64,000 nucleotides of DNA from Longimicrobiales bacterium (lineage in GTDB: Bacteria; Gemmatimonadota; Gemmatimonadetes; Longimicrobiales; Gaopeijiaceae), in assembly GCA_965226375.1 (NCBI GenBank), contig CBDDCX010000008.1, positions 2,080,001 to 2,144,000 on the forward strand, read 5' to 3'. Positions 10,040 through 19,900 of this stretch are shown here, piece after piece; position 1 is the first letter of the stretch; the number at the start of each line of letters is the position of its first letter. Position numbers and translations under genes: made by a program. Under the pieces are notes generated by a model. It ran no database searches, was not told the origin of the DNA, and worked only from the letters and a program-made list of their open reading frames with translations.

Positions 10040-10222
10040 ATGAAGACCTTGACGCCAGAACGAATGAGGGACCTGCACGGGATGTGGATCGACGAAGGGG
10101 CCGTGTGCGGTTTCATGGTCGGCGCCGTACTCGGCGCCATCAGCCGCGGCTGGCTCGTACCCGCGGCGTACACCTTCATGTTCACACCCCTGATCTGCGC
10201 CCTCGACTACGGATTGCGGTAA
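10040..10222 (+). CDS. Bacteriocin-like precursor peptide A (60 aa)
   Basis: AGGAG RBS; leader MKTLTPERMRDLHG-M; hydrophobic core with GxxxG motifs and C23/C53; C39 transporter downstream. Confidence 0.75.
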   Translation: MKTLTPERMRDLHGMWIDEGAVCGFMVGAVLGAISRGWLVPAAYTFMFTPLICALDYGLR

Positions 10223-10268
10223 TCAGCCGGGCCATACCCCAAGACTCATCCCCAGAAAAGAGACTCAC

Positions 10269-10445
10269 ATGACCGAACTCACCACCACCCAGATGGCCGA
10301 CATCCACGGTATGAAATTCTGGCAAGGATTTCTCTGCGGCATCGGCCTCATCGCCTCAATCGGAATATCGGGCACCCCCGATCCGGTCGTGAGATGGGCC
10401 ATCTACAACGGCACGATCGGTGCCTGCGGTGTGGCATTCTCGTAG
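10269..10445 (+). CDS. Bacteriocin-like precursor peptide B (58 aa, not in ORF track)
   Basis: MTELTTTQMADIHGMKFWQGFLCGIGLIASIGISGTPDPVVRWAIYNGTIGACGVAFS*; leader and Cys positions are colinear with peptide A. Confidence 0.75.
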   Translation: MTELTTTQMADIHGMKFWQGFLCGIGLIASIGISGTPDPVVRWAIYNGTIGACGVAFS

Positions 10446-10451
10446 GTATTC

Positions 10452-10480
10452 GGGCTGGGCGCCCCCAGGGCGCCCAGCCC
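10452..10480 (+). other. Perfect 13-bp stem-loop directly after the precursor genes
   Basis: GGGCTGGGCGCCC-CCA-GGGCGCCCAGCCC, no U-tract. Confidence 0.7.
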
Positions 10481-10505
10481 CCCACCCTCTGCTCCGGTTT
10501 ATCGC

Positions 10506-12132
10506 ATGAACGGGGAGTCCAACCACCTCCGTCTAGTCACGCAATACAAGCTGCGCATAGCCCGCCGCCGCCTCGCCGACACGGTGCGCAACACCTTCGA
10601 GGGGAAGGTGGCCCTGATCTTCGTGCTGGCCGCTCCATTCTTGATGAAGGGCATGCTCGTCAAGTCCTCCCTACGGGCCGCGAGCACGAGCCGCGATCTA
10701 GCCCTCGTGATGCTAGTGTGGGCCCACGCCGCGGCCCTGGTCGCGCTCGTACTCGGCGTGATCGGGCACACGGCGCGCGAGCTGACCGTCGAGGACAAGA
10801 AAGAGCCGCTGGCTCTCTATCCAGGTGGGAGGCACGGTCTCGCCGCCTATCACGTCGGGGGATTGGTATCGCGCGCCTGCCTCGGCCTCCTCTTCTTCTT
10901 CTATCTCTTCTTTGGCGCCTTGATTCACGGCTTGACCCCTCGGCCGTTCCTCGTCGTGCCGATGCACCTCATCGCCCACGTGCTGGTGTTCGGCGCCTGC
11001 GGAGTACTGGCCTACCGTGCGACCCTTCGCTGGCTCGAGAGAAGACCCTCCAGAGGCCGAGCTCTGGACGTCGGAGCCGGTATCGGCTCCATCCTCGCGT
11101 TCCTGGCCATGGCAGGATCGGGCATACTCCTGGAAGGACTCGAGCCCACCACGCTGGCACGACTCGGGGTGTGGTTCGACACGGTGGCTGTCTTCTACCC
11201 CCCCCTCGCCCCGCTCGCCCAGCCGTCCGAGCGTCTCCTCGGCCCCACGGTCTGGGTCACCGCAATGGTGGTGACTCCAGTCATCGCCCTGTCGGTGGCC
11301 GGCCGACTAGTGCGAGACCCTAGTCCCCTCCTCTTGGGAGAGGTCGAAAGCCCCGGCGGGACGCAGCTTCGCCGGCAGTTTCCGGACATATGGGCGGTCC
11401 GCCGCCTGTGGCATGGCAGGCGTGCGCCTCTTCTTCGTGAAGGACATCCTCCTTCCCGCCACCCGAAACCCGCACCCCTCTTTCGCCCGACTTTGGTTCT
11501 TGTTGGCCCTCGCAACCATGACGCCTCTGGCAATATGGCAGCTCCGGCGTGAGGGGCGTGTCAGCGAAATCACCGCAGAGGCGGTACTGTGGGGATTGGT
11601 GATGGCGCTGCCGTCGATCACGGCCTACCTGCACGGACTCGGATCGCTCGGCCGGGAGGGTCCGGTACTGGCGCTGATACGTCCGACGCTCCGCCCAGCA
11701 ACGCTCTTCGGCTACAAGTTTGTTCCCGTGTTGGCTGCCATCCTGTTCACCGGCTTGCTCTATGGAACCGTCACGGGGGCCGTCGCCGGCGGGCTAACCC
11801 TTGCCCTCGGACCTCTGCAGGCAGCGAGCCTCGCTGGTCTCTCCGCTGGCGTCGCCAGCGCAAGCGCGGTCGCCGTCGGGTTCCTCTTTCCCGACTTTCG
11901 ATGCCGGAGTTCGCTCGCGAGGGGCTCATCATGGGCGGGGCGACGCCTGTTCGAGGGCCTGGCCGTCTACGGTATAGGGACGGGCGTGGCCTTGCGGGTG
12001 ATGACCCGCACGGGGGTGTTACCGGCCGACCTACTCGTCCGGACCCTGATCATCACGGCCGGCTTTGGTGTGACACTCGCTGTCGTCGTCGCGTTCTTCG
12101 CCCTTCGTCGATTCGCCCATCTGGAGACGTGA
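10506..12132 (+). pseudogene. Multi-TM ABC-exporter permease split by a frameshift near 11360 (real or sequencing error)
   Basis: Hydrophobic ORF 10506 becomes non-hydrophobic after EVESPGG; the overlapping frame continues FFVKDILLPATRNP and more TM helices to 12132. Confidence 0.65.
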
Positions 12133-12133
12133 G

Positions 12134-12900
12134 ATGATGGACGCACCGTCGATAAGAATCGAAAGCCTCACCAAGAGCTTCGGCCCGATCCAGGCCGTCT
12201 CCGAGCTGAGCATGACCGTCGACGCCGGTGAAATTTTCTGCTTTCTCGGCCCGAATGGTGCGGGCAAGACAACGACCCTCGACACGATCATGGGTTTCAA
12301 GAGACCCACCTCGGGGGACGTGTTCGTCAACGGCGTGAGTCTTCAAGCACTGAACGTCGAGTCGGCTCGACGTCGGATCGGCTATATGCCCGAGCAACCG
12401 GTGTTGTACGACCATCTCACCGGCCGAGAGTTCGTCCAGTTCATCGGCCAGCTCTACCAAGCGGACCGGGCGTCGAACAGCTGGCTGGACGAACAGTTGG
12501 CTGCCCTGCAGATGAGCCAGGATGCGGACCGCCTGATCAAGGGTGATTCGGCGGGCATGAAGAAGAAGATTTCCTTTCTCGCGGCCCTGGTCCATGAGCC
12601 CGACCTCCTGATCTTCGATGAACCCACCGGAGCGCTGGACGCACCAAGCGCCCGCCTCGTGAAAGATGAGCTCATCGCAGCCCGAGACAGAGGCTCGTTG
12701 GTGTTCTTCACGACCCATATTATGGAGCTCGCGGAACGCCTCGCGGATCGGATCGCCATTATCGATCACGGTCACCTCGTCGCCTCGGGGACGCTTCCGA
12801 ACTCCGGATCGAGCACGGCCGCGAGACCGGCGAGTCACTCGAGAACCTCTTCCTCCGCCTGGTGGGTCGGACGGGGTCGCGGACGGATGAGGGGTCATGA
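12134..12900 (+). CDS. ABC transporter ATP-binding protein with a 1-bp frameshift near 12797
   Basis: GPNGAGKTT, SAGMKKK, IFDEPT, H-loop; the shifted frame gives ELR..ESLENLFLRLV..TGA at 12898-12900, overlapping the next ATG (ATGA). Confidence 0.85.
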
Positions 12901-14144
12901 AGACCTCGGTTCTCCCACGCCTGGTCCGGCGCCTTGTAGGAGCCGTCAACCCGCAGCCCGTCGTGCGGCAGTACGATCGCGTCGATTGCGGCCCGGCCTG
13001 CTTGCTCTCGGTGCTGCGGTTCCACGGTGGCGACACCGGCCTTCCCAGCGTCCGATCCTGGGGTGGTACCGACGCGAACGGCACTAGCCTACTCGGACTC
13101 CACCGAGCCGCAACAGCTCTCGGTTTCGAGGCCCGCGGCGCCACGGGTGATTACCAAGACCTGCTCAAAGAAGAGTTGCCGTGCATCGCCCACGTGGTGC
13201 ATGAGGGAGCTCAACACTATGTCGTCGTCTACGAGGTGCACGACAGTCGGGTGAAGGTGGGCGATCCCGCCCTGGGACTGCGGTGGCTCTCGCGGGCCGA
13301 GTGCGAGCGCTTGTGGAGCCAGCGAGCGATCCTGATCCTGCATCCAGGCCCCAATCTCCGGTCAGAGCCTCCACCTCACTGGTTCGCATGGGTTGTGGGC
13401 CGTATCCGACACGTTCACGGATGGCTGGTACAGTCTGTGTTCCTCGGGGTCATCTACACGGTGTTGGGTCTCGCCACCGCGGTCGTGGTGCAACGGCTGA
13501 TCGACGACTTCATCGGGGAGCGAGACGTGTCAAGGATCCTGTGGGCGGGTGGGTTTCTTCTCGCCTTACATGCGGCTAGAGGGCTCGCCGGATACCTGCG
13601 TCAGCGGTTCTTGGTCGGGCTCGGTAAGCGTGCCTCAAACGCGATCGCGGCGGAACTCCTCGAACACCTGTTTCGGCTTCCCGCCAGCTATTTCGACACC
13701 CGAAGGCGTGGTGACATCATCGCGCGCCTTCAGGACGCCTCACGGATTCAGGCCGCCGTCCTGGAGATTCTGGGGAGCACGACCATCGACCTGCTGATCG
13801 CGACAATGTCCATGGCCGCAGTCTTTTACTTCTCGCCACCGCTGGGCCTGACCGCACTGCTCCTCCTGCTTCCGTGCGCTTTCTTCGCAGGCACCACGAT
13901 GGGACAGATCCATCGGGAGCAGGACGCCGCACTCGGCGCCTACGGGCTGCTGCAAGCCTCGTATGTCGACGCCGTCGACGGTATCGACTCGATCCGTGGG
14001 CTCGGCGTCGGCCGGATCTTCGCCCGAATGAACCTGTCACTCTTTGGTCACTTCCAGACCCGGGTGGAACGGCTGGGGCTGACACGCGCGGCGATCGGAT
14101 TTCAGGTGGAAAACGTAAACGGCGCCATGTTGGCCACCAGCTGA
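12897..14144 (+). pseudogene. C39 peptidase-containing ABC transporter (PCAT), truncated before the nucleotide-binding domain
   Basis: QYDRVDCGPACL, HYVV, GDP catalytic residues; TMD with LPASYFDTRRRGDIIARL; ends at 415 aa with no Walker motifs. Confidence 0.85.
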
Positions 14145-14194
14145 TCTCGATGCTGATGGCACACGTCCTGATCTCGATGCTGATGGCACACGTC
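14141..14194. repeat. 27-bp exact tandem duplication
   Basis: CTGATCTCGATGCTGATGGCACACGTC x2 at the PCAT truncation point. Confidence 0.95.
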
Positions 14195-14238
14195 CTGCCT
14201 TATCGTCTTTCCGTGCGGCGCTTGGAGGATTCGTAGCC

Positions 14239-14559
14239 GTGGCCTACGGCACCTTGGTGCGGATGCTGAGGCTCGATCTACTTCCACCGAACGCCCTGAC
14301 GCAGGAAGAGTTGGCCGTGGTTCCCGACTCCCTGGCGGTCGTATTCTCAGGCGCTTGGGCGGACGTCTCCGTCCTCTCCGCATCCTTGAGCGTACTGAGC
14401 CTACACGATGCGTTCTGGCTCGTAATCGTCACTTTTTACCTGGCTGGATTGACGGGTTTCGGGCGCCGACGGGCCTTCACGATCGCTCTGGGCGCATGGT
14501 GCGCCACGGCGCTGGCCAGAGTGGGGGCTGAGGTCTTCGTGACCGGGATGCTCAGCTAG
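14239..14559 (+). pseudogene. Probable C-terminal fragment of a membrane protein (possibly YIP1-like)
   Basis: Frame open from 14119; SLSVLSLHDAFW..LAGLTGFGRRRAFTIALGAW; no convincing start. Confidence 0.4.
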
Positions 14560-14650
14560 CCGTCGACCTCCTTGCCCACACCGCGGTCCACCTCTACCGT
14601 GCCCTTCCGCACCAGAAGGTCCGTCACACCTATTGCCCGAGAAACGCGCT

Positions 14651-15103
14651 ATGAGCATCCGAAACGTCACAGCCGTCGCCCTCCTCGCGCTGGCTACTGC
14701 AGCAGCCTCCAGTCTTTCCGCGCAGGACCGGACCTACTACGGCGGGCGATCCCCAGCCGACGGGGACAGCGTGACCCCCTTCAGCGGCGCCGTGCAGGTA
14801 GGCAACACGCTCTATCTCTCCGGAATGCTTGGACTCGAGGGGGGGCAGGTACCGGCCACCGCCGAGGCCGAGGCCAGGAACGTCCTCAACGGCATGCGGA
14901 GTGCTCTGGAAGCAGCGGGAATGACCATGAACGATCTGGTGATGGTGCAGATCTACAGCTCCGATGTCTCGGACTACGGCGCGTTCAACGGCGTATACCG
15001 CACGTACTTCACGACCGAGTTTCCGGCTCGGGCCTTTATCGGTGCCGGTACGCTGCTCTTCGGAGCCCGCTTCGAGGTGCTCGGGGTCGCGGTAAAGCGG
15101 TAA
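14651..15103 (+). CDS. RidA/YjgF family protein with signal peptide
   Basis: PFSGAVQVGNTLYLSG, FNGVY..FPAR, FEV; N-terminal AVALLALATAAASSLSA|Q. Confidence 0.9.
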   Translation: MSIRNVTAVALLALATAAASSLSAQDRTYYGGRSPADGDSVTPFSGAVQVGNTLYLSGMLGLEGGQVPATAEAEARNVLNGMRSALEAAGMTMNDLVMVQIYSSDVSDYGAFNGVYRTYFTTEFPARAFIGAGTLLFGARFEVLGVAVKR

Positions 15104-15263
15104 GACAGCTCATCCCGAGTCTGGGTGCGCCAGGGCTGAACGCTCGACATCCCGCGACACCGACTGCACATTTAGTGGCGCAGGGGAGCGACGTCGGGCC
15201 CGTGGGGGCTCGACACATGGTCCGGGGGATTTCGCACCAGGCCCCTCGCCCAAGGGGCATTGG

Positions 15264-16907
15264 ATGTCGAATCTACAGACACGGTCTAGCGTACGTATCG
15301 GCTCATGGAGTGGACCGAAGGACCACCTTCTCACTACTCCTGAGGAATTGGCCCGAGGCCTGGCTCGTGTAGGCTCCCCCCTCTACGCCGTCGATCACGC
15401 GGAGACCTTCGCGCTCTCCCATGTGGGCCGCGTCGAACTAGGCGGCGACCCTCAGGTGGAGGGTCTGCCTCTTCTGGCGTTGGCTCCTGCCTGCAAGCCT
15501 CAGAGCCTGGGATCGGCCGGTTTCGCCCGGGACCACGGTGTGCGCTTCTGTTATCTCGCTGGCGCCATGGCGAACGGCATCGCCTCGGTAGAGTTCGTGG
15601 AGGCCATGGGCCGGGCAGGTATGCTCTCCTTTTTCGGCGCCGCCGGCCTCGGACCGGGTCCGGTGGAGGACGCCATCGACCACATCTCTACGCGCCTCGG
15701 TGACCTTCCCTGGGGCTTCAATCTGATTCACAGCCCCTACGAGCCCCGATTAGAAGAGGCCGTGGCCGACCTCTATGTGCGCCGCGGCGTGAGCCGTGTG
15801 TCCGCCTCGGCCTATATGGATCTCACCCTGCCCCTGGTGCGTTATCGACTCCACGGAATTCATTCGGACTCGTCGGGTCGGGTGGTGACACCGCACCGGG
15901 TGGTTGCCAAGGTCTCGCGCGTCGAGGTGGCTCGACGGTTCTGCGCGCCGGCGCCGACCAAAATGCTGGCCGAACTCGTTGCCCGCGGAGATCTTACCGA
16001 AGATCAGGCTCGCATGGCGGAATCCGTTCCGGTCGCCCAGGACCTGACCGTGGAGGCCGACTCGGGCGGACACACCGACAATCGGCCCGCGATCGCCCTT
16101 GTCCCGACCATGCTGGCCCTTCGTGATCGGCTTCAGGTGGAGCACGACTACGCGGTACCGTTGCGTGTGGGTTCCGCTGGCGGCATCTCGACGCCACATT
16201 CCGTGGCCGCGGCGTTCGCGATGGGGGCCGACTACGTGATGACCGGCTCCGTCAATCAGGCGTGTAGAGAGGCCGGAACGTCCGATACGGTGCGGCAAAT
16301 GCTGGCTCAGGCGGAGCAGGCCGACGTGACCATGGCGCCCGCCGCAGACATGTTCGAGATGGGCGTCAGGTTGCAGGTCCTCAAGCGTGGAACGATGTTT
16401 CCAATGAGGGCTCACCGCCTCTTTGATCTCTATAGAGCGCATGCGGGGCTCGAAGATATTCCCGACGACGAACGGCAGAATCTCGAACGTACGATTTTCC
16501 GTACGACATTGGACGAGATCTGGAACGAGACACGTGGCTTCTGGGAAGCCCGTGACCCGGATCAGGTCGCCAGAGCCGAGCGCGATCCGAAACATCGGAT
16601 GGCGCTGGTCTTTCGGTGGTATTTGGGGATGTCGTCCCGTTGGGCGAACCGCGGGGAGCCGGGTCGAGAGATGGACTACCAGGTGTGGTGCGGCCCGGCG
16701 ATGGGTGCTTTCAACGAGTGGGTCCGGGGCAGCGTGCTGGAGCCCTGGGAAAATCGTCGCGCAGTAAGCGTGGCTCACAACATGTTGCATGGTGCTGCGG
16801 TCATTACACGGGCGAACGCTCTGCGCAGCCAGGGAGTGGAGTTGCCGGCCGCCTGTGTCGACGTCCTCCCCCGAGAAACAGACGAACTCGAGGAATTGCT
16901 GTCTTGA
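15264..16907 (+). CDS. pfaD: PUFA-synthase enoyl reductase (PfaD/Pfa1)
   Basis: AGAMANGIAS, AKVSRVEVA, EADSGGHTDNRP, APAADMFEMGV, DYQVWCGPAMGAFN. Confidence 0.95.
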   Translation: MSNLQTRSSVRIGSWSGPKDHLLTTPEELARGLARVGSPLYAVDHAETFALSHVGRVELGGDPQVEGLPLLALAPACKPQSLGSAGFARDHGVRFCYLAGAMANGIASVEFVEAMGRAGMLSFFGAAGLGPGPVEDAIDHISTRLGDLPWGFNLIHSPYEPRLEEAVADLYVRRGVSRVSASAYMDLTLPLVRYRLHGIHSDSSGRVVTPHRVVAKVSRVEVARRFCAPAPTKMLAELVARGDLTEDQARMAESVPVAQDLTVEADSGGHTDNRPAIALVPTMLALRDRLQVEHDYAVPLRVGSAGGISTPHSVAAAFAMGADYVMTGSVNQACREAGTSDTVRQMLAQAEQADVTMAPAADMFEMGVRLQVLKRGTMFPMRAHRLFDLYRAHAGLEDIPDDERQNLERTIFRTTLDEIWNETRGFWEARDPDQVARAERDPKHRMALVFRWYLGMSSRWANRGEPGREMDYQVWCGPAMGAFNEWVRGSVLEPWENRRAVSVAHNMLHGAAVITRANALRSQGVELPAACVDVLPRETDELEELLS

Positions 16908-19900
16908 GCGATCGGAACGAAAGTCGGGCCGCGGCCCAGTCACCCATAGCCATCGTCGGCATCGCCTGTGTATTCCCGAAGGCAGGGGGTCTGCAGGACT
17001 ACTGGGCGAATATCCGGAACGGCGTCGACGCGATCACCGAGATCCCGGAGGCCTACTGGAAGACGTCGGACTATTACGACGCCGACCCCAAACAGCCCGA
17101 CATGACCTATGGTCGCCGCGGCGGCTTCATCGATCCCATCGACTTCGAGCCCATGGCCTTCGGCATTTCGCCGCGGGACCTCGAAGCCACGGACAGCACC
17201 CAACTGATCGGGTTGCATGTAGCCAGTCAGGCCCTCCAGGACGCCGGCTACGGCCCGGAGGGTCGAGAGTTCGATCGGGAAAAAACGAGCGTCATTCTCG
17301 GGGTGAGCGGGACACTGCCGCTGGTGATTCCCCTGGGCGCCCGTCTCGGACACCCCATCTGGCGCAAGGCGCTGGAAGACGCGGGGGTGGACCCGGAGAC
17401 GACCGAAGACGTTATCGAGCGCATCGGAGATGGCTACGTCCCATGGCAGGAGAACTCCTTCCCGGGACTCTTGGCCAACGTCGTCGCCGGCCGCATTGCC
17501 AATCGCCTCGACCTTCACGGCACCAACTGCATCGTCGACGCGGCCTGCGCGTCATCGCTCAGCGCTGTCCATCTCGCGGCCCTCGAGCTCGAGGCGGGCC
17601 GGGCCGACATGGTTCTGAGCGGCGGGCTGGACACGTTCAACGACATCTTCATGTATATGTGCTTCTCCAAGACACCGGCCCTGTCGGCCACGGGGAATGC
17701 ACGCCCATTCAACGATGAGGCCGACGGCACCATTCTGGGTGAGGGTGTCGGGATGCTGGTACTGAAGCGGCTCGGGGATGCCGAGCGAGACGGCGACCGC
17801 ATCTATGCGGTGATCAAGGGCATCGGGTCGTCTTCCGACGGAAAAGGACAGGCCGTGTATGCCCCGGCCCCCGAGGGGCAGGCGAGAGCGTTGCGCGCGG
17901 CATACGACAGCGCGGGCATTCAGCCGGACACGGTCGAGCTCGTAGAAGGTCATGGAACCGGCACCCGGGTGGGTGACGCGACCGAGGCGAAAGGCCTGAC
18001 CACCGTCTACCGGGAGGCCAGCCCAGAAGGAACCTGGTGTGCCCTCGGGTCCGTAAAGTCGATGATCGGCCACACGAAGGCCGCGGCAGGAGCAGCGGGC
18101 CTGATCAAGACGGCCATGGCACTTCACCACAAGACTCTTCCCCCGACCATCAAGGTGGAGAGCCCCAACGAAGCCGTGGCTACCGGGGAGACTCCGTTCT
18201 ATGTGAACACAGAGAAGCGGCCCTGGATGCCCAAGAGCGGCCATCCACGCCGCGCCGGCGTAAGCGCCTTCGGGTTCGGAGGGAGCAATTTCCACTGTGT
18301 GGTGGAGGAGTACGAGTCAAAGGCCACCGAGGTCGACTGGGACGGACGCGATCAGTTGATCGCCTTCTCAGCCGCAGATCGTGAGGCCCTCGCCGCACAA
18401 CTCCAGGAATTCGAGGGGTCGGGCGAGTGGGCCGACATCCGGGGGAGGGCCGCCGAAAGTCGCGCCCGCTTCGACGTGTCCCACCAGGTCAGACTTCTTC
18501 TGGTAGCCGACCGGGACGGAACACCGGTCAGCGATCTCATCACAATGGCGCTCTCACAGCTGAAGGACGAGCGCACGTCCTGGGCGATGCCTCAGGGCAT
18601 CTACTTCGGATCCGGTGCCGCAAAGGGTAAATGGGCGGCATGTTTCCCGGGACAGGGTGCTCAGTACGTCGGCATGCTCCGAGAGCTGGCGTGCCGCTTC
18701 CCCGCGGCAGCCGACGCGTTGGCCGCCTCCGCCGAAGTGACACCTTATGTGGTCGACCGGGTGTATCCCCATCCGGCGTTCGACGACGCTTCCCGATCGC
18801 GGCAGGAGGACGAACTCCGAGCCACCGACACGGCCCAGCCGGCCATCGGCGCCGTAAGCCTGGCCGCTCTCCGGGTGCTCGAACAGTTCGGTCTCACGCC
18901 CGACGCCACGTGCGGCCACAGCTACGGCGAGCTCGTAGCGCTTTGCGCCGCGGGTCGCCTCCGGCCCATGGAGCTGTACCAACTCTCCCGTCGCCGGGGC
19001 GAACTCATGGCGATGGGCGATGGAGATCATGGATCGATGTTGGCGGTGGCCGCCGAACTGGAGTGGGTGAAACAGTTCCTGCGGACCCACGATCTCGACC
19101 TGGTCGTGGCAAACCACAACGCCCCCGAACAGGCCGTACTGTCCGGCGTGACCTACGAGATCGAGCGTGCCCAGGATCTCCTGTCGCGAGAAGGCGTGCG
19201 GGTGAAACGCCTTCCCGTGGCCGCTGCATTCCATAGCAGTCTTGTGGCCCAGGCCGGCGCACCGTTCGCCGAGAGCCTGACGAGCATCGAGCTCACGGGG
19301 AGCGACGTGACCGTGTACGCCAACGCCACCGGCGATGCGTATCCGGCACGGTCAACCGACGCACGTGAGTTGCTGGCCAGTCAGTTGACCTCACCGGTTG
19401 AGTTCGTGGCGTGTGTCAAGTCGATGTTCGACGACGGTGTGCGAACCTTCGTGGAGGTAGGTCCGGGGCGTCGCCTCTCAGCCCTCATCGACGAGATCCT
19501 GGCGGGCGAGGACATTACGACGGTGGCCGTCGATGCCTCCTCGGGCCGCCGAGCCGGACTCGTCGACTTGGCCCGAACGCTCGCCCAGGTAGCCGCCGAC
19601 GGGCATGCTGTCGCGCTGGATCGCTGGGACGACGGAGCGCTCGATGCTTGGCAACGTAGGATCGCCCGCGGCAAGCCCACGATGACCGTTCCGATTTCCG
19701 GTGTGAACCACGTGGATCCGCGGCCGACGCGGCCGCCCAGAGTGGCCACCCCTGCTCTGCCGGCAACGTCTCCGGCGGTAAGACCGACCCCAATCGTCCA
19801 TCAAGTTGGTCCGACATCCGAGGCTGCGGAGTCCACCTCGGATCCCCAGTTGTTGGCCGAGGCCATGCGCGCGAGCCAGGCCAGCCTCCAGGCGCTGGTC

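Noticed and set aside
12790..12800. Programmed ribosomal frameshifting at the frameshift sites
   Set aside because: No slippery heptamer; 1-bp indels, one of them in a G homopolymer at ~57695, fit sequencing error or decay better
16616..16903. ORF-track N-terminal extensions of pfaA (also 22894, 30770, 33761, 51990, 54829, 61508)
   Set aside because: They overlap upstream genes in another frame; better starts with overlaps or RBS exist downstream
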